NCBI GenBank assembly: GCA_965223855.1
Contig: CBDCXM010000002.1
Coordinates: 192,001 to 256,000 of the forward strand
Source: Candidatus Multivoradales bacterium
GTDB lineage: Bacteria; Acidobacteriota; Thermoanaerobaculia; Multivoradales; JAHEKO01
Reading direction: 5' to 3'
Length of the DNA: 64,000 nucleotides
A program made the translations under genes and the position numbers. Positions 19,295-28,660 of the stretch are shown here, in pieces. Below the pieces are notes generated by a model that ran no database searches, was not told where the DNA came from, and saw only the letters and a list, made by a program, of their open reading frames with translations. Every line of letters begins with the position of its first letter. Within the stretch, counting starts at the first letter, position 1.

Positions 19295-19744
19295 ATGCGA
19301 GTGACAGAAGTCAAGATCTTCCCCGTCAAGGACCCGAAGCTGAGGGCCTTCGTGTCCGTCGTCTTCGACCATTGCTTCATGGTGAACGACATCAAGGTGA
19401 TCGAGGGGCGAGAGGGACGCTTCATCAGCATGCCGAGCCGTCGCAAGCGCAATGGCAGATTCAAGGACATCGCGCACCCGCTCAACAGCGATACGAGGGC
19501 GATGCTCGAGAGCGAGATCCTCGCTGCCTACGAGGCGTCGATCGGCGACGGCCGCAGCTCCGTTTCCAGAGAGCCGACTCGTGAGGAAGCGCGCGAGGAG
19601 GTGGTGGCCGACGGCGGGACGGGTGCAGTCGCTGAGCCGGCCGGGGATGCGGCCCCGGACCGGGAGCCGTCATCCGACACTGAACCGAGAACCCTCGAGG
19701 AAGTCACGGAGAAGCACCTGAGCGACTCCTTCTGGACGAGCTGA
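19295..19744 (+). CDS. spoVG: SpoVG-family nucleic-acid-binding protein with an acidic C-terminal extension
   Basis: MRVTEVKI...LRAFVSVVFD..F.VNDIKVIEG..G.FISMPSR...FKDIAHP. Confidence 0.92.
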   Translation: MRVTEVKIFPVKDPKLRAFVSVVFDHCFMVNDIKVIEGREGRFISMPSRRKRNGRFKDIAHPLNSDTRAMLESEILAAYEASIGDGRSSVSREPTREEAREEVVADGGTGAVAEPAGDAAPDREPSSDTEPRTLEEVTEKHLSDSFWTS

Positions 19745-19776
19745 GCGACGAAGAGAGCCTGAGACCACAGCCATTC

Positions 19777-19851
19777 TGGGGCGTCGCCAAGCGGTAAGGC
19801 ACCGGCCTTTGGAGCCGGCATTCGTAGGTTCGAATCCTACCGCCCCAGCCA
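19777..19851 (+). tRNA. tRNA-Gln (anticodon TTG)
   Basis: TGGGGCG...CGCCCCA acceptor stem, D-arm GCCAAGCGGTAAGGC, anticodon arm CCGGC-CTTTGGA-GCCGG, GGTTCGAATCC, encoded CCA. Confidence 0.97.
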
Positions 19852-19932
19852 CTGACTTCACCCGGCGCCCGGCCCGACGAATCGAGTTCCAGACGACCGA
19901 CATCCCCAAAGAGCGACGAAAGAGAAGGAACC

Positions 19933-20883
19933 ATGACCTCTGCCTACGGTGAACTGAAGGTGTTCAGTGGCCGCGCCCATCCGGCGCTGGCAACCGAGAT
20001 CTGCGAGAGCCTGGGGATTCCGCTCGGCAAGGTCCACGCGCGCAACTTCCTCGACGGCGAGATCTTCTGCCAGATCCAGGAGAACGTTCGCGGGCGAGAC
20101 GTCTTCGTCGTCCAGCCGATCACCAAGCCGGTGAACGAGAACCTGGTCGAGCTGCTCATCCTTCTCGACGCCTTCCGCCGCTCCTCGGCGGCGCGCATCA
20201 CCGCCGTGATCCCCTACTACGGCTATTCGCGCCAGGACAAGAAGGACCAGCCGCGAGTGGCGATCACCGCCAAGCTGGTCGCCAACCTGCTCTCGGGGGC
20301 GGGGGCGGACAGGATTCTCACCATGGATCTCCATGCCGGGCAGATCCAGGGGTACTTCGACATTCCCGTGGACCACCTGTTTGCCGCCCCGGTGCTGCTC
20401 GATGCGCTCAGTGAGCTCCAGATCCCCGATCTCGTGATCGTGTCGCCCGATGCCGGAGGCGTGGCGAGAGCCCGAGCGATCGCGAAGCGGCTCGGTGTCG
20501 GTATCGCGATCGTCGACAAGAGGCGCACCGCTCCCAACGAGGCCGAGGTGATGAACGTCGTCGGCGACGTCAAGGGGAAGAATCTTCTGATCATTGATGA
20601 CATCATCGACACGGCGGGGACGCTCGTTCACACCGTCGAGGCGCTGCGTGCCAAGGGTGGGCAGCGAGTGCTCGCCGCCGGAATCCACGCCATCCTTTCG
20701 GGACCTGCGCTCGAGCGACTCGAAGAGTCGAGCGTCGAGTCGGTCCTCGTCACCAACACCACACCGCTGGAAGAGAAGCTCGCGGGCTGTTCCAAACTCA
20801 AGCCACTGACCGTGGCACCGTTGCTGGGGGATGCCATTCAGCGCATCCACGAGGACAGTTCAGTGAGCTCATTGTTCGTTTAG
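19933..20883 (+). CDS. prs: Ribose-phosphate pyrophosphokinase
   Basis: F.DGE, PYYGYSRQD, DLHA.QIQG.F, VSPDAGG, IDDIIDTAGT. Confidence 0.97.
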   Translation: MTSAYGELKVFSGRAHPALATEICESLGIPLGKVHARNFLDGEIFCQIQENVRGRDVFVVQPITKPVNENLVELLILLDAFRRSSAARITAVIPYYGYSRQDKKDQPRVAITAKLVANLLSGAGADRILTMDLHAGQIQGYFDIPVDHLFAAPVLLDALSELQIPDLVIVSPDAGGVARARAIAKRLGVGIAIVDKRRTAPNEAEVMNVVGDVKGKNLLIIDDIIDTAGTLVHTVEALRAKGGQRVLAAGIHAILSGPALERLEESSVESVLVTNTTPLEEKLAGCSKLKPLTVAPLLGDAIQRIHEDSSVSSLFV

Positions 20884-20893
20884 AGGAGTTGTC

Positions 20894-21580
20894 ATGAGCG
20901 AGACCACAGTTGTCGTCCAGAGCCGGGAAGAGACCGGCAAGAACTCGAATCGCCGGTTGCGTGCGGGCGGATCGATCCCGGCCGTCGTCTACGGCGCGGG
21001 CAAGGACTCCGTGCCGATCACCGTCGACGAGAAGAGCATGCGCGAGTTTCTGCAGGAGACCGGGAGTGAGAACTCGGTCTTTCTGCTCAAGCTCGGCGAG
21101 TCCGGCAAGAGCCGGCACGCGATGATTCGCGACCTGCAGATCGACCCGATCTCCCGCACCATCGAGCACATCGATTTCCAACGCGTACTGATGGACGAGA
21201 AGGTCAAGGTGACCGTCGGGATCGGTCTCGAAGGCACCCCGACCGGCGTGAAGGACGAGGGCGGGGTGCTCGACTTCGTCATGCGCGACGTCGAGATCGA
21301 GTCGCTGCCGGGGAACATTCCGGCCGAGCTGGTGATCGACATCAGCGCTCTCGCGGTCGGCGACCACGTCGAGGCGAGCGACATCGAGCTCCCCGAGGGC
21401 GTCGAGCTGATGACCGAGGGTTCGAGGGTCGTCGCCTCGGTGGCGCACAGCCGCGTCGCCCAGGATCTCGAGGAGGCCGAGGCGGCCGCCGAGGAGGGCG
21501 CGGGTCTCATCGAGGAGATGCCGAGCGAGCCGGAGGTCATCGGTCGCGACAAGGAAGACGAGGTCGAGGACGAAGACTGA
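20894..21580 (+). CDS. rplY: 50S ribosomal protein L25/Ctc
   Basis: RRLR..G.IPAVVYG, HIDF, GVKDEGG, acidic tail. Confidence 0.95.
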   Translation: MSETTVVVQSREETGKNSNRRLRAGGSIPAVVYGAGKDSVPITVDEKSMREFLQETGSENSVFLLKLGESGKSRHAMIRDLQIDPISRTIEHIDFQRVLMDEKVKVTVGIGLEGTPTGVKDEGGVLDFVMRDVEIESLPGNIPAELVIDISALAVGDHVEASDIELPEGVELMTEGSRVVASVAHSRVAQDLEEAEAAAEEGAGLIEEMPSEPEVIGRDKEDEVEDED

Positions 21581-21596
21581 GGAGACCCCACGGCGG

Positions 21597-22145
21597 CTGG
21601 TCGTCGGTCTCGGGAATCCGGGGGATCGCTACGAGGCGACCCGGCACAACATCGGGTTCCAGGTCATCGACGAGCTGGCGAGCCGCTCCGGCAGGTCGCT
21701 CGATCGGGCGCTGTGCAACGCGTTGATCTCCGTAGGGGATCCCTTGCTCGTCGCGCCGCAGACCTACATGAACCGGAGTGGCTACGCCGTGCGCTGCCTC
21801 ACCGAGCGTTTCGAGGTCGCGGCCGAGGATTGCCTGGTGGTCTACGACGAGGTTCACCTGCCGCTCGGCCGGATGCGCCTGCGCACCGCCGGCAGCCCCG
21901 GCGGTCATCGAGGGATGGAGTCGATCATCAACAACCTCAGGAGCCGGTCCGTGCCGCGATTGCGTCTGGGGGTCGGTCCCGACGAGGGCGAGGTCGACGG
22001 CGAGCTACTCGCCGAGTATGTGCTCGAGCCGTTTCGTGCGGACGAAGAGGAGACAGTGCAGGGCCTGGTCTCGAGGGCGGCGGACGCCTGCGAGGCCTGG
22101 CTCGAAGAGGATCCGGAAAGGGTCATGAACCGCTTCAACGGGTAG
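21597..22145 (+). CDS. pth: Peptidyl-tRNA hydrolase (non-canonical start, probably CTG)
   Basis: In frame upstream of ORF 21723: LVVGLGNPG.RYEATRHNIGF. Also PQTYMNRSG, GGHRG, RLRLGVG, MNRFN. Confidence 0.9.
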   Translation: MVVGLGNPGDRYEATRHNIGFQVIDELASRSGRSLDRALCNALISVGDPLLVAPQTYMNRSGYAVRCLTERFEVAAEDCLVVYDEVHLPLGRMRLRTAGSPGGHRGMESIINNLRSRSVPRLRLGVGPDEGEVDGELLAEYVLEPFRADEEETVQGLVSRAADACEAWLEEDPERVMNRFNG

Positions 22146-22181
22146 CGCGAGCCGTCCGTTCAAGAGTTGGAGGGAAGTCAC

Positions 22182-24254
22182 GTGGAGATGCAAACGATGT
22201 TGTACCTGGTGCCGGTGTGCGGCGTGCTCGCGCTGCTGTTCGGACTCATGAGAAGCAAGTGGATCGGCGGTCAGGACGCCGGCGACGAGAAGATGACGAC
22301 GATCGCGGGGCACATCCGCGAGGGCGCGATGGCGTTCCTCGGTCGCGAGTACCGTGTGCTGGCGGTTTTCGTCCTAGTCGTGGCGGCGCTGCTCGCCTGG
22401 TCGAACGCCGGCAAGGAGGGGAGTTCCCCTCTGGTCGGCCTGTCGGTGATCGCCGGTGCCGTCTGCTCCGGCCTGGCCGGCTTCTTCGGCATGCGGATCG
22501 CCACCGCCGCCAACGTCCGGACGGCCGCGGCCGCTCGCACCAGCCTCAACGGTGCGCTCAAGGTCGCCTTCTCGGGCGGCGCCGTGATGGGCTTCTCGGT
22601 CGTCGGCCTCGGCGTGCTCGGCCTGTCGCTGCTCTACCTGCTCTACAACGGCCTGTTCCAGAGCGGTGACGCGCAGCTCGACATGATCACCGTCGTCACC
22701 GTGCTCACCGGCTTTTCCTTCGGTGCCAGTTCGATCGCGCTCTTCGCCCGCGTCGGTGGCGGCATCTACACCAAGGCGGCGGACGTCGGCGCGGACCTCG
22801 TCGGTAAGGTCGAGGCGGGGATCCCCGAGGACGACCCGCGCAATCCGGCGGTGATCGCCGACAATGTCGGCGACAACGTCGGTGACGTCGCCGGCATGGG
22901 TGCCGACCTCTTCGAGTCGTATGTCGGCTCCATCATCGGCGCGCTCGTTCTGGGCGTCAATGCGACGGCCGCCGACGGCACGAGCTACACGCCGGCGCTG
23001 GTGCTGCTGCCGCTGATGATCGCGGGGGTCGGCATCGTCGTCTCGCTCGCCGGCACCCTGCTCGTGAAGACGAAGGAGGGGGGCAACCCGGCCCACGCTC
23101 TGGATCGCGGCACCTTCGGCGCTGCGATCGTGATGCTGGGGATGATCTGGTGGCTGTCGCGCACGATGCTCGACGGGACCTACATCCTGGGCGATACCGA
23201 GTTCGGTGCCACCGGAGTCTTCCTCGCGACCGTGGCAGGCCTCGCCGGTGGCGTCGCGATCGGCAAGATCACCGAGTACTACACCTCTGAGGCGAAGAAG
23301 CCGGCACAGGCGATCGCCAAGGACAGCCAGACCGGCTCCGCGACCAACATCATCTCCGGGCTCGCGGTCGGCATGCGTTCGACCGCGCTGCCGTCGGTAG
23401 TCCTGGTGGCGGCCATTCTCGTCGCCTACAACCAGGCGGGCCTCTACGGCATCGCCATCGCCGCACTCGGCATGCTTTCGACCACCGGGATTCAGCTCGC
23501 CGTCGACGCGTACGGCCCGATTGCCGACAACGCCGGCGGCATCGCCGAGATGGCGGCGTTGGGTTCCGACGTCCGCGCCCGCACCGACAAGCTCGACGCG
23601 GTGGGCAACACGACAGCGGCGATCGGCAAGGGCTTCGCGATCGGTTCGGCAGCGCTGACGGCGCTGGCGCTCTTCGCGGCGTTCCGGACGACGGTCGGGA
23701 TCGAGTCGATCGACGTCGCCAATCCGAAGGTGATGGGCGGCCTCTTCATCGGCGCCATGATGCCGTTCCTCTTCTCGTCGATGGCGATGCAGGCGGTCGG
23801 CCGCGCGGCGTTCGAGATGATCGAGGAGGTCCGTCGCCAGTTCAAGTCGATCCCCGGCTTGATGGAAGGGAAGGCGACCGCCGAGTACGCCAAGTGCGTC
23901 GATATCTCGACCCAGGCGGCGATTCGCGAGATGGTCGTTCCCGGCCTGCTGGCCGTCGTCGCTCCGGTCGCCGTCGGCTTCTACGACACCGCGGCTCTTG
24001 GCGGGCTGCTGGCCGGCGTCACCGCCTCGGGCGTGATGATGGCGATCTTCATGGCCAACGCCGGCGGTGCGTGGGACAACGCCAAGAAGTACATCGAAGG
24101 CGGTGCCTACGGCGGCAAGGGGTCCGATGCCCACAAGGCGGCGGTTGTCGGTGACACGGTCGGTGATCCGTTCAAGGACACGGCCGGGCCGAGCCTCAAC
24201 ATCCTCATCAAGCTGATGACGGTGGTGGCGCTGGTCATCGCGCCGCTGCTCTAG
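22182..24254 (+). CDS. hppA: Membrane-bound ion-translocating pyrophosphatase, K+-dependent type, probably Na+-PPase
   Basis: [41 protein letters not shown] (Ala marks the K+-dependent class), [11 protein letters not shown]. Confidence 0.95.
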   Translation: MEMQTMLYLVPVCGVLALLFGLMRSKWIGGQDAGDEKMTTIAGHIREGAMAFLGREYRVLAVFVLVVAALLAWSNAGKEGSSPLVGLSVIAGAVCSGLAGFFGMRIATAANVRTAAAARTSLNGALKVAFSGGAVMGFSVVGLGVLGLSLLYLLYNGLFQSGDAQLDMITVVTVLTGFSFGASSIALFARVGGGIYTKAADVGADLVGKVEAGIPEDDPRNPAVIADNVGDNVGDVAGMGADLFESYVGSIIGALVLGVNATAADGTSYTPALVLLPLMIAGVGIVVSLAGTLLVKTKEGGNPAHALDRGTFGAAIVMLGMIWWLSRTMLDGTYILGDTEFGATGVFLATVAGLAGGVAIGKITEYYTSEAKKPAQAIAKDSQTGSATNIISGLAVGMRSTALPSVVLVAAILVAYNQAGLYGIAIAALGMLSTTGIQLAVDAYGPIADNAGGIAEMAALGSDVRARTDKLDAVGNTTAAIGKGFAIGSAALTALALFAAFRTTVGIESIDVANPKVMGGLFIGAMMPFLFSSMAMQAVGRAAFEMIEEVRRQFKSIPGLMEGKATAEYAKCVDISTQAAIREMVVPGLLAVVAPVAVGFYDTAALGGLLAGVTASGVMMAIFMANAGGAWDNAKKYIEGGAYGGKGSDAHKAAVVGDTVGDPFKDTAGPSLNILIKLMTVVALVIAPLL

Positions 24255-24280
24255 CCTGACGTCTCAGGTTGCGGAAGCAG

Positions 24281-24313
24281 AGCCTGCCGGCCCTGGGGGT
24301 CGGCAGGCTTTTC
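24281..24313 (+). terminator. Intrinsic terminator after hppA
   Basis: AGCCTGCCGGCC / GGTCGGCAGGCT stem followed by a T-run. Confidence 0.75.
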
Positions 24314-24335
24314 CCGTTCCGGCCAGGAGTTGAGG

Positions 24336-26666
24336 CTAGAGCTTCTTGACGTCGGCGATCACCGCGTCGCCGGCGTTGAAGGTCACCTTCTTCGGCCGCG
24401 AGGGAAGCGGGAACTCGAAAGTCTTGCGTGGCTGATCGACGAACAGGAGCAGCTCACCCTTCCTGTCCTTGCCGAAGTCGACCTCGAGCGGGATCCCCAT
24501 CCTGAATCCGGGGGCGACGTCCTCCTGTTCGACCTCCACCCGCAGGACCGTCTGCCCCTCGTGGCGGACGATCTCGTGGCGCCAGCGATACGTAGGGATC
24601 TCGGCGCCGTAGACCCACTGGTCGAAGAACCACGACCAGTCGGCCGGCACGTTGCGCTCGAGCGCCGCCTGGAAGTCCTCGGTGCTGGCGTAGCCGCCTG
24701 CGTTCGTGGCCACGAAATCGCGCAGGGTGGCGATGAAGGCGTCGTCCGACTTGGTCATCAGCCTCGTCATTGTACGGAGCATGTGCAGCACCATCGCCCC
24801 CTTGTAGTAGGCGAGAGTGGAGTAGGCGGTCGGGGCCTCCCCGACGCCGGCCCGGAAGCCGTGGCCGATCGGTCCCATCCGCTCCGCCCCCCGCGCCGAC
24901 AGCAACGCATAGCCGGGGCGGGCGAAGCTGCTGAACGCCGCCTCGAGGGAGCCACGGACCTCGTTGTTGTAGGCGGTGATCGCCTTCTGGAACTGGCGCG
25001 CGCCGTCGTCCATCGAGGCCTCGACGAACATCAGGGCGGTGTACTCGGCGAAGCCCTCGCTCAGCCACTGGTCGCGGTAGCTGTTCCAGCCGACGATGTG
25101 ACCCCACCACTGGTGACCGACTTCGTGGGCGCGAAAGCCCTCCACGGCGGCTGCCGAGTCGACGGCGGTGGTGAGCTCGGAGAGGTGGAGAAAGCCCGGG
25201 AAGGCCTGGCCGTGGCCGGCCGGAATCAGGGTGGCGAAGAACTGCTCGTCGGCTAGCGGCGAAGCGAGCAGGTTCTGCAGGAAGTTGGTGGCGTTGACCG
25301 TGTCACCCGCGACGTCGTCGATCCGCTCTTCGTTGAGGACTCGCCTGCCGTCGCTGAGGTCTCCGACGGTCACGATCCGCGGCAGACCTTCGAACTCCAG
25401 CTCCTTGCGGTAGCCGGTCTTCTGCATCGCGAAGGTGGCCATCTTGGCGGGACGGTCGATCTCCCAGACGCTGATCTTGCGGTCGCCTTCTTCACGGCTC
25501 TCGACCAGCGACCCCATCGACTGCAGGTCGTAGCGATCGTCGGTCGTGAAGGTGAAGCGGGCGGTGTGGCGATCCTTCAGGCCGTTGAAGTCCAGCAGGC
25601 CCGGGTACCACGAGCGGCCGGAGGCGTAGCGGGGGAGCGACAGCTCGTAGTAGACGGTGAGCGAGTAGCGCTCGCCGGCCGCGAGCGAACGTCCGGTCAG
25701 GACGATGAGATCGCTGGCGTAGACTTTCTTGTCGATCGTCGAGCTGCGAGAGCCGATGTGGTCGCGAACGAAGTCGAGCTCCTCCCCGGCGGTATCGACG
25801 ACCTTCTCGACCTTGGCACGCGACCGCAGGTAGAGGGGCACGGCCGTCAGCCCTTCGCGCAGGATCTCGACGTCGAGCCGTGCCTCGAACTTGCCGGCGA
25901 GCCTTCGAGGCGCCTGCGAATCGGTCTCCGAGAGGTCGCCGTCGAGATCGACGTGCTGGATGTCGAGTGGGGGGCGCTCGCGGCCGGAAGGTCTCCCATC
26001 TTCGCGACGGTCTTCTTCGCGGTCGAGCGAGAGCCAGCTCTCGACGTAACTGTGCTTGCGATTGAACTGCAGCACGGTCAGCTCCTCGCTGCGGGAGCTG
26101 TCGAAGGTGACCGTCACCCAGCCGTGCTCGCTGGTCTCGATCTCGGCGCGCCAGTAGAAGCCCTCGGGGTCTCCCAGGGCAGCGAGGATCCGAGCGTCGA
26201 TGTCGAGACGCCGCAACTCGAGCGCGTGCTCGTGTCGCTCGTCGTAGATCGCTTCGCGCTCTCCATCCGCCGGTGATGCGCCGAAGCTGGCGAACGGCGG
26301 CCCGCCCGAGGCACGCAGCACCATGCGCTCGAAGGTCAGTTCGAGTTCTTCGACCGCGGGGTCCCTCAGGAAGCGGCGAAGCTGTCGCAGCTCGACTCTG
26401 TCCGGCACCGGGATCGTCACCTTCCCGCGGCCGGAGAAGTAGAGGCCGGCCGGGCTCTCGCCGGGGCCGAGCTGGAGACGCACCGTCCCGGAGTCGAGCC
26501 GCCAGCGGGAGACGTCGACCTCCCACTCGATGCCGACGGACGGCACCGGGACTTCCGGACCGAGCTCGTGGCGGGTGAGGGTCTCGTAGGCGGCGAGGTC
26601 GAGCGTGCTCGAGGCAGCGGGCGCCGCGAGAAGTACCAGCAGCAGACAGCATAGATTTCGAGACAT
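24336..26666 (-). CDS. M1-family (gluzincin) aminopeptidase, secreted
   Basis: HEVGHQWWG...WLSEGFAEY, YYKG..VLHMLR, FF.QWVYG, signal peptide. Confidence 0.88.
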   Translation of the reverse strand: MSRNLCCLLLVLLAAPAASSTLDLAAYETLTRHELGPEVPVPSVGIEWEVDVSRWRLDSGTVRLQLGPGESPAGLYFSGRGKVTIPVPDRVELRQLRRFLRDPAVEELELTFERMVLRASGGPPFASFGASPADGEREAIYDERHEHALELRRLDIDARILAALGDPEGFYWRAEIETSEHGWVTVTFDSSRSEELTVLQFNRKHSYVESWLSLDREEDRREDGRPSGRERPPLDIQHVDLDGDLSETDSQAPRRLAGKFEARLDVEILREGLTAVPLYLRSRAKVEKVVDTAGEELDFVRDHIGSRSSTIDKKVYASDLIVLTGRSLAAGERYSLTVYYELSLPRYASGRSWYPGLLDFNGLKDRHTARFTFTTDDRYDLQSMGSLVESREEGDRKISVWEIDRPAKMATFAMQKTGYRKELEFEGLPRIVTVGDLSDGRRVLNEERIDDVAGDTVNATNFLQNLLASPLADEQFFATLIPAGHGQAFPGFLHLSELTTAVDSAAAVEGFRAHEVGHQWWGHIVGWNSYRDQWLSEGFAEYTALMFVEASMDDGARQFQKAITAYNNEVRGSLEAAFSSFARPGYALLSARGAERMGPIGHGFRAGVGEAPTAYSTLAYYKGAMVLHMLRTMTRLMTKSDDAFIATLRDFVATNAGGYASTEDFQAALERNVPADWSWFFDQWVYGAEIPTYRWRHEIVRHEGQTVLRVEVEQEDVAPGFRMGIPLEVDFGKDRKGELLLFVDQPRKTFEFPLPSRPKKVTFNAGDAVIADVKKL

Positions 26667-26678
26667 GCATGGATTCTA

Positions 26679-26857
26679 GCCCGGGCTTCTCATGCCGGTG
26701 TGCTCTGGTAGGTTGTAGGTTGCTGGAGATACAAGGCTTCCGTTCGTGAGCACCACAGACATAGCCGTAGCTACGTCGAGGAGCGCAGCGAACGGAAAAC
26801 GAAGTAGATTCAGTGACATACGGCCTACCAGAGCGCGGTGGCGTGAGAAGTCCGGGC
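26679..26857 (+). repeat. 179-nt rod-like inverted repeat (REPIN-like element or structured ncRNA)
   Basis: About 54-bp outer stem with about 10 G.T pairs and 4 mismatches, a perfect inner stem TTCCGTTCG/CGAACGGAA and an apical TAGC/GCTA hairpin. Confidence 0.75.
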
Positions 26858-26971
26858 CAGCCCGCACTTCTCCCGACGTCTCCGCAGCAGTCCCGAAGAA
26901 GGCGTCCTCCCGTGCCGTTCTCGCCTCTCGCAAGGGACCTGCTCCGGTCAGCACTTCGGCGCTTCCAGAGC

Positions 26972-26999
26972 TTGCAAAAGGGGCCGCGATCAGTACAAT
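26972..26999 (+). promoter_or_regulatory. Sigma70 promoter of the rpsF operon
   Basis: TTGCAA-N16-TACAAT. Confidence 0.7.
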
Positions 27000-27044
27000 T
27001 CCGCGTTCCGACAGCGGAGTCGTCCGGCTTCGCCCCATCCCGCA

Positions 27045-27085
27045 CTTCCTGTTCCCGCCGAGGGGACTTCACAGCCATAGGGAGG
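27045..27085 (+). promoter_or_regulatory. S6:S18-binding leader RNA of rpsF
   Basis: CTTCCT pairs with AGGGAG(G), sequestering the SD. Inner stems CTGT/ACAG and TCCC/GGGA. Unpaired CC just 5' of the SD helix, as in the described S6:S18 element. Confidence 0.65.
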
Positions 27086-27090
27086 CACCA

Positions 27091-27453
27091 TTGAGACTGT
27101 ACGAGTTGATGTTCGTCGTGGACCCTCGGGTTCCCGATGAGGAGGTCGTCGCTCTGACCGACGACGTCAAAGAGCTGCTCACCGAAGGTGGCGGCGAGAT
27201 CGCCAAAGAGCAGAGCTGGGGCAAGCGCAAGCTCGCCTACGAGATCAACAAGCTGACGGAGGGGAAGTACGTCCTGCTGCACGTCCGCGTGCCGGAGGGC
27301 AAGACTCCCTTCCCGTTGCTCGAGCAGCGCATGCAGCAGAACGAGAAGATTCTCCGATTCCTGACCGTGCGCACGGACGTGGGCCGCATGCGGATGCCGT
27401 TCGAGCCTGACCAGGCGCCTGAGCCGGCGGTTGCCGCAGGGAGTGAGAGCTGA
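27091..27453 (+). CDS. rpsF: 30S ribosomal protein S6
   Basis: TTG start after [17 protein letters not shown]...[10 protein letters not shown]...G.Y...ILRFL. Confidence 0.95.
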   Translation: MRLYELMFVVDPRVPDEEVVALTDDVKELLTEGGGEIAKEQSWGKRKLAYEINKLTEGKYVLLHVRVPEGKTPFPLLEQRMQQNEKILRFLTVRTDVGRMRMPFEPDQAPEPAVAAGSES

Positions 27454-27686
27454 TGCCTCGCAAGAAGGACAAGTACCCCCGCCGTCGCAAGGTGTGTCGC
27501 CTGTGTGCCGACAAGAAGACATCGGTCGACTACAAGGACACACGCTTCCTCCAGAACTACATCGTCGAGCGGTCGAAGATCCTCCCGCGGAGGATCTCCG
27601 GCAACTGCGCCCGCCACCAGAGGATGGTGCAGCAGGCGATCAAGCGCGCCCGTCACGTGGCACTGCTGGCGTACGTTTCGGACTGA
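27453..27686 (+). CDS. rpsR: 30S ribosomal protein S18 (Cys-containing form)
   Basis: RRKVC.LC...DYKD...[15 protein letters not shown]...IKRAR. Confidence 0.97.
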   Translation: MPRKKDKYPRRRKVCRLCADKKTSVDYKDTRFLQNYIVERSKILPRRISGNCARHQRMVQQAIKRARHVALLAYVSD

Positions 27687-27696
27687 GGAGACAGCC

Positions 27697-28143
27697 ATGC
27701 AACTCATTCTTCTCCGTGACGTGCGGAGCCTCGGCACCCGTGGCGATGTCGTCAACGTCAAGCCGGGCTACGCCCGCAACTACCTCATTCCCAAGGGCTA
27801 CGGCCTTCTCGCCACGCCGGCGAACGTCAACTACTACGAGCAGCAGAAGAAGAAGATCGACGCTCGCCACGTGGAGCAGCGAGACGCCGCTGCTGCGCGT
27901 GCCGCCGAGATGGCCGGAATCCACCTCGAGATCGCCAAGCGCGTCGGCGACTCCGAGACGCTCTACGGCTCGGTGACGCCGGCGGACGTCGAGGCTGCGC
28001 TCGCCGAGAAGGGGGTCGAGATCGACAAGCGTCGTCTCGATCTCGGAGGCGGGATCAAGACGCTGGGCGATCACGTCGTGCGGATCGATCTGCATCCCGA
28101 GGTGATCGCGGAAGTCCAGCTCACCGTCGTCGCGGAAGAGTAG
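27697..28143 (+). CDS. rplI: 50S ribosomal protein L9
   Basis: MQLILL.DV..LG..GDVVNVKPGYARNYLIP, LYGSVT, IKTLG. Confidence 0.97.
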   Translation: MQLILLRDVRSLGTRGDVVNVKPGYARNYLIPKGYGLLATPANVNYYEQQKKKIDARHVEQRDAAAARAAEMAGIHLEIAKRVGDSETLYGSVTPADVEAALAEKGVEIDKRRLDLGGGIKTLGDHVVRIDLHPEVIAEVQLTVVAEE

Positions 28144-28147
28144 TCGT

Positions 28148-28657
28148 TTGAGCGACGAGGCCGAGCGGGACCTGTCGCCGGGCCTCGAAGTCTTCGTCGA
28201 AGGTCGCACCGACGCCGCCGAGGACTGGCGCCGGCTCTGGGAGGGGGACCTCGAGTTCCCCATCCGCAGCGAGTCGGGCCTGCGCGGGCGCGTCGTGGTG
28301 GCGCTGAAGCGGCTGCTGCGACCGTTCGTCCGAGCTCCTCAGGCGGACCTGTGGGAGCGCCAGCGGGTGTTCAACCTCGTTATGGTGCGCTCCCTCGAGC
28401 GAATCGTCGCGCTGCAGACCCAGGCAGACGAGATCCACCGCGACCTGACCGAGGTCCGCGCCGACCTCCTGAAGGACATCAAGGAGCACCACCGCCGGCT
28501 GGCACATCTCGAAGAGTTCAAGCGCACCGGTCTCGGCGACTTCGCGCGTCACACCGACGGCCTCTTCGCGCACGTCGATCAGAAGCTCGACCGCTATCGC
28601 CGCGAAAGCCGGGAACTCGCGGAGAGGATCCGGTCGATGCTGCCCGACGACGGCTGA
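28148..28657 (+). CDS. Hypothetical coiled-coil protein
   Basis: ORF 4 nt after rplI, with helical/coiled-coil composition and coding-like codon usage. Confidence 0.6.
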   Translation: MSDEAERDLSPGLEVFVEGRTDAAEDWRRLWEGDLEFPIRSESGLRGRVVVALKRLLRPFVRAPQADLWERQRVFNLVMVRSLERIVALQTQADEIHRDLTEVRADLLKDIKEHHRRLAHLEEFKRTGLGDFARHTDGLFAHVDQKLDRYRRESRELAERIRSMLPDDG

Positions 28658-28660
28658 GGC

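Noticed and set aside
26679-26857. Assignment of the rod hairpin as 6S RNA or an integron attC site
   Set aside because: It lacks the large central bubble and usual gene context of 6S. There are no RYYYAAC/GTTRRRY ends and no integrase. Left unassigned.
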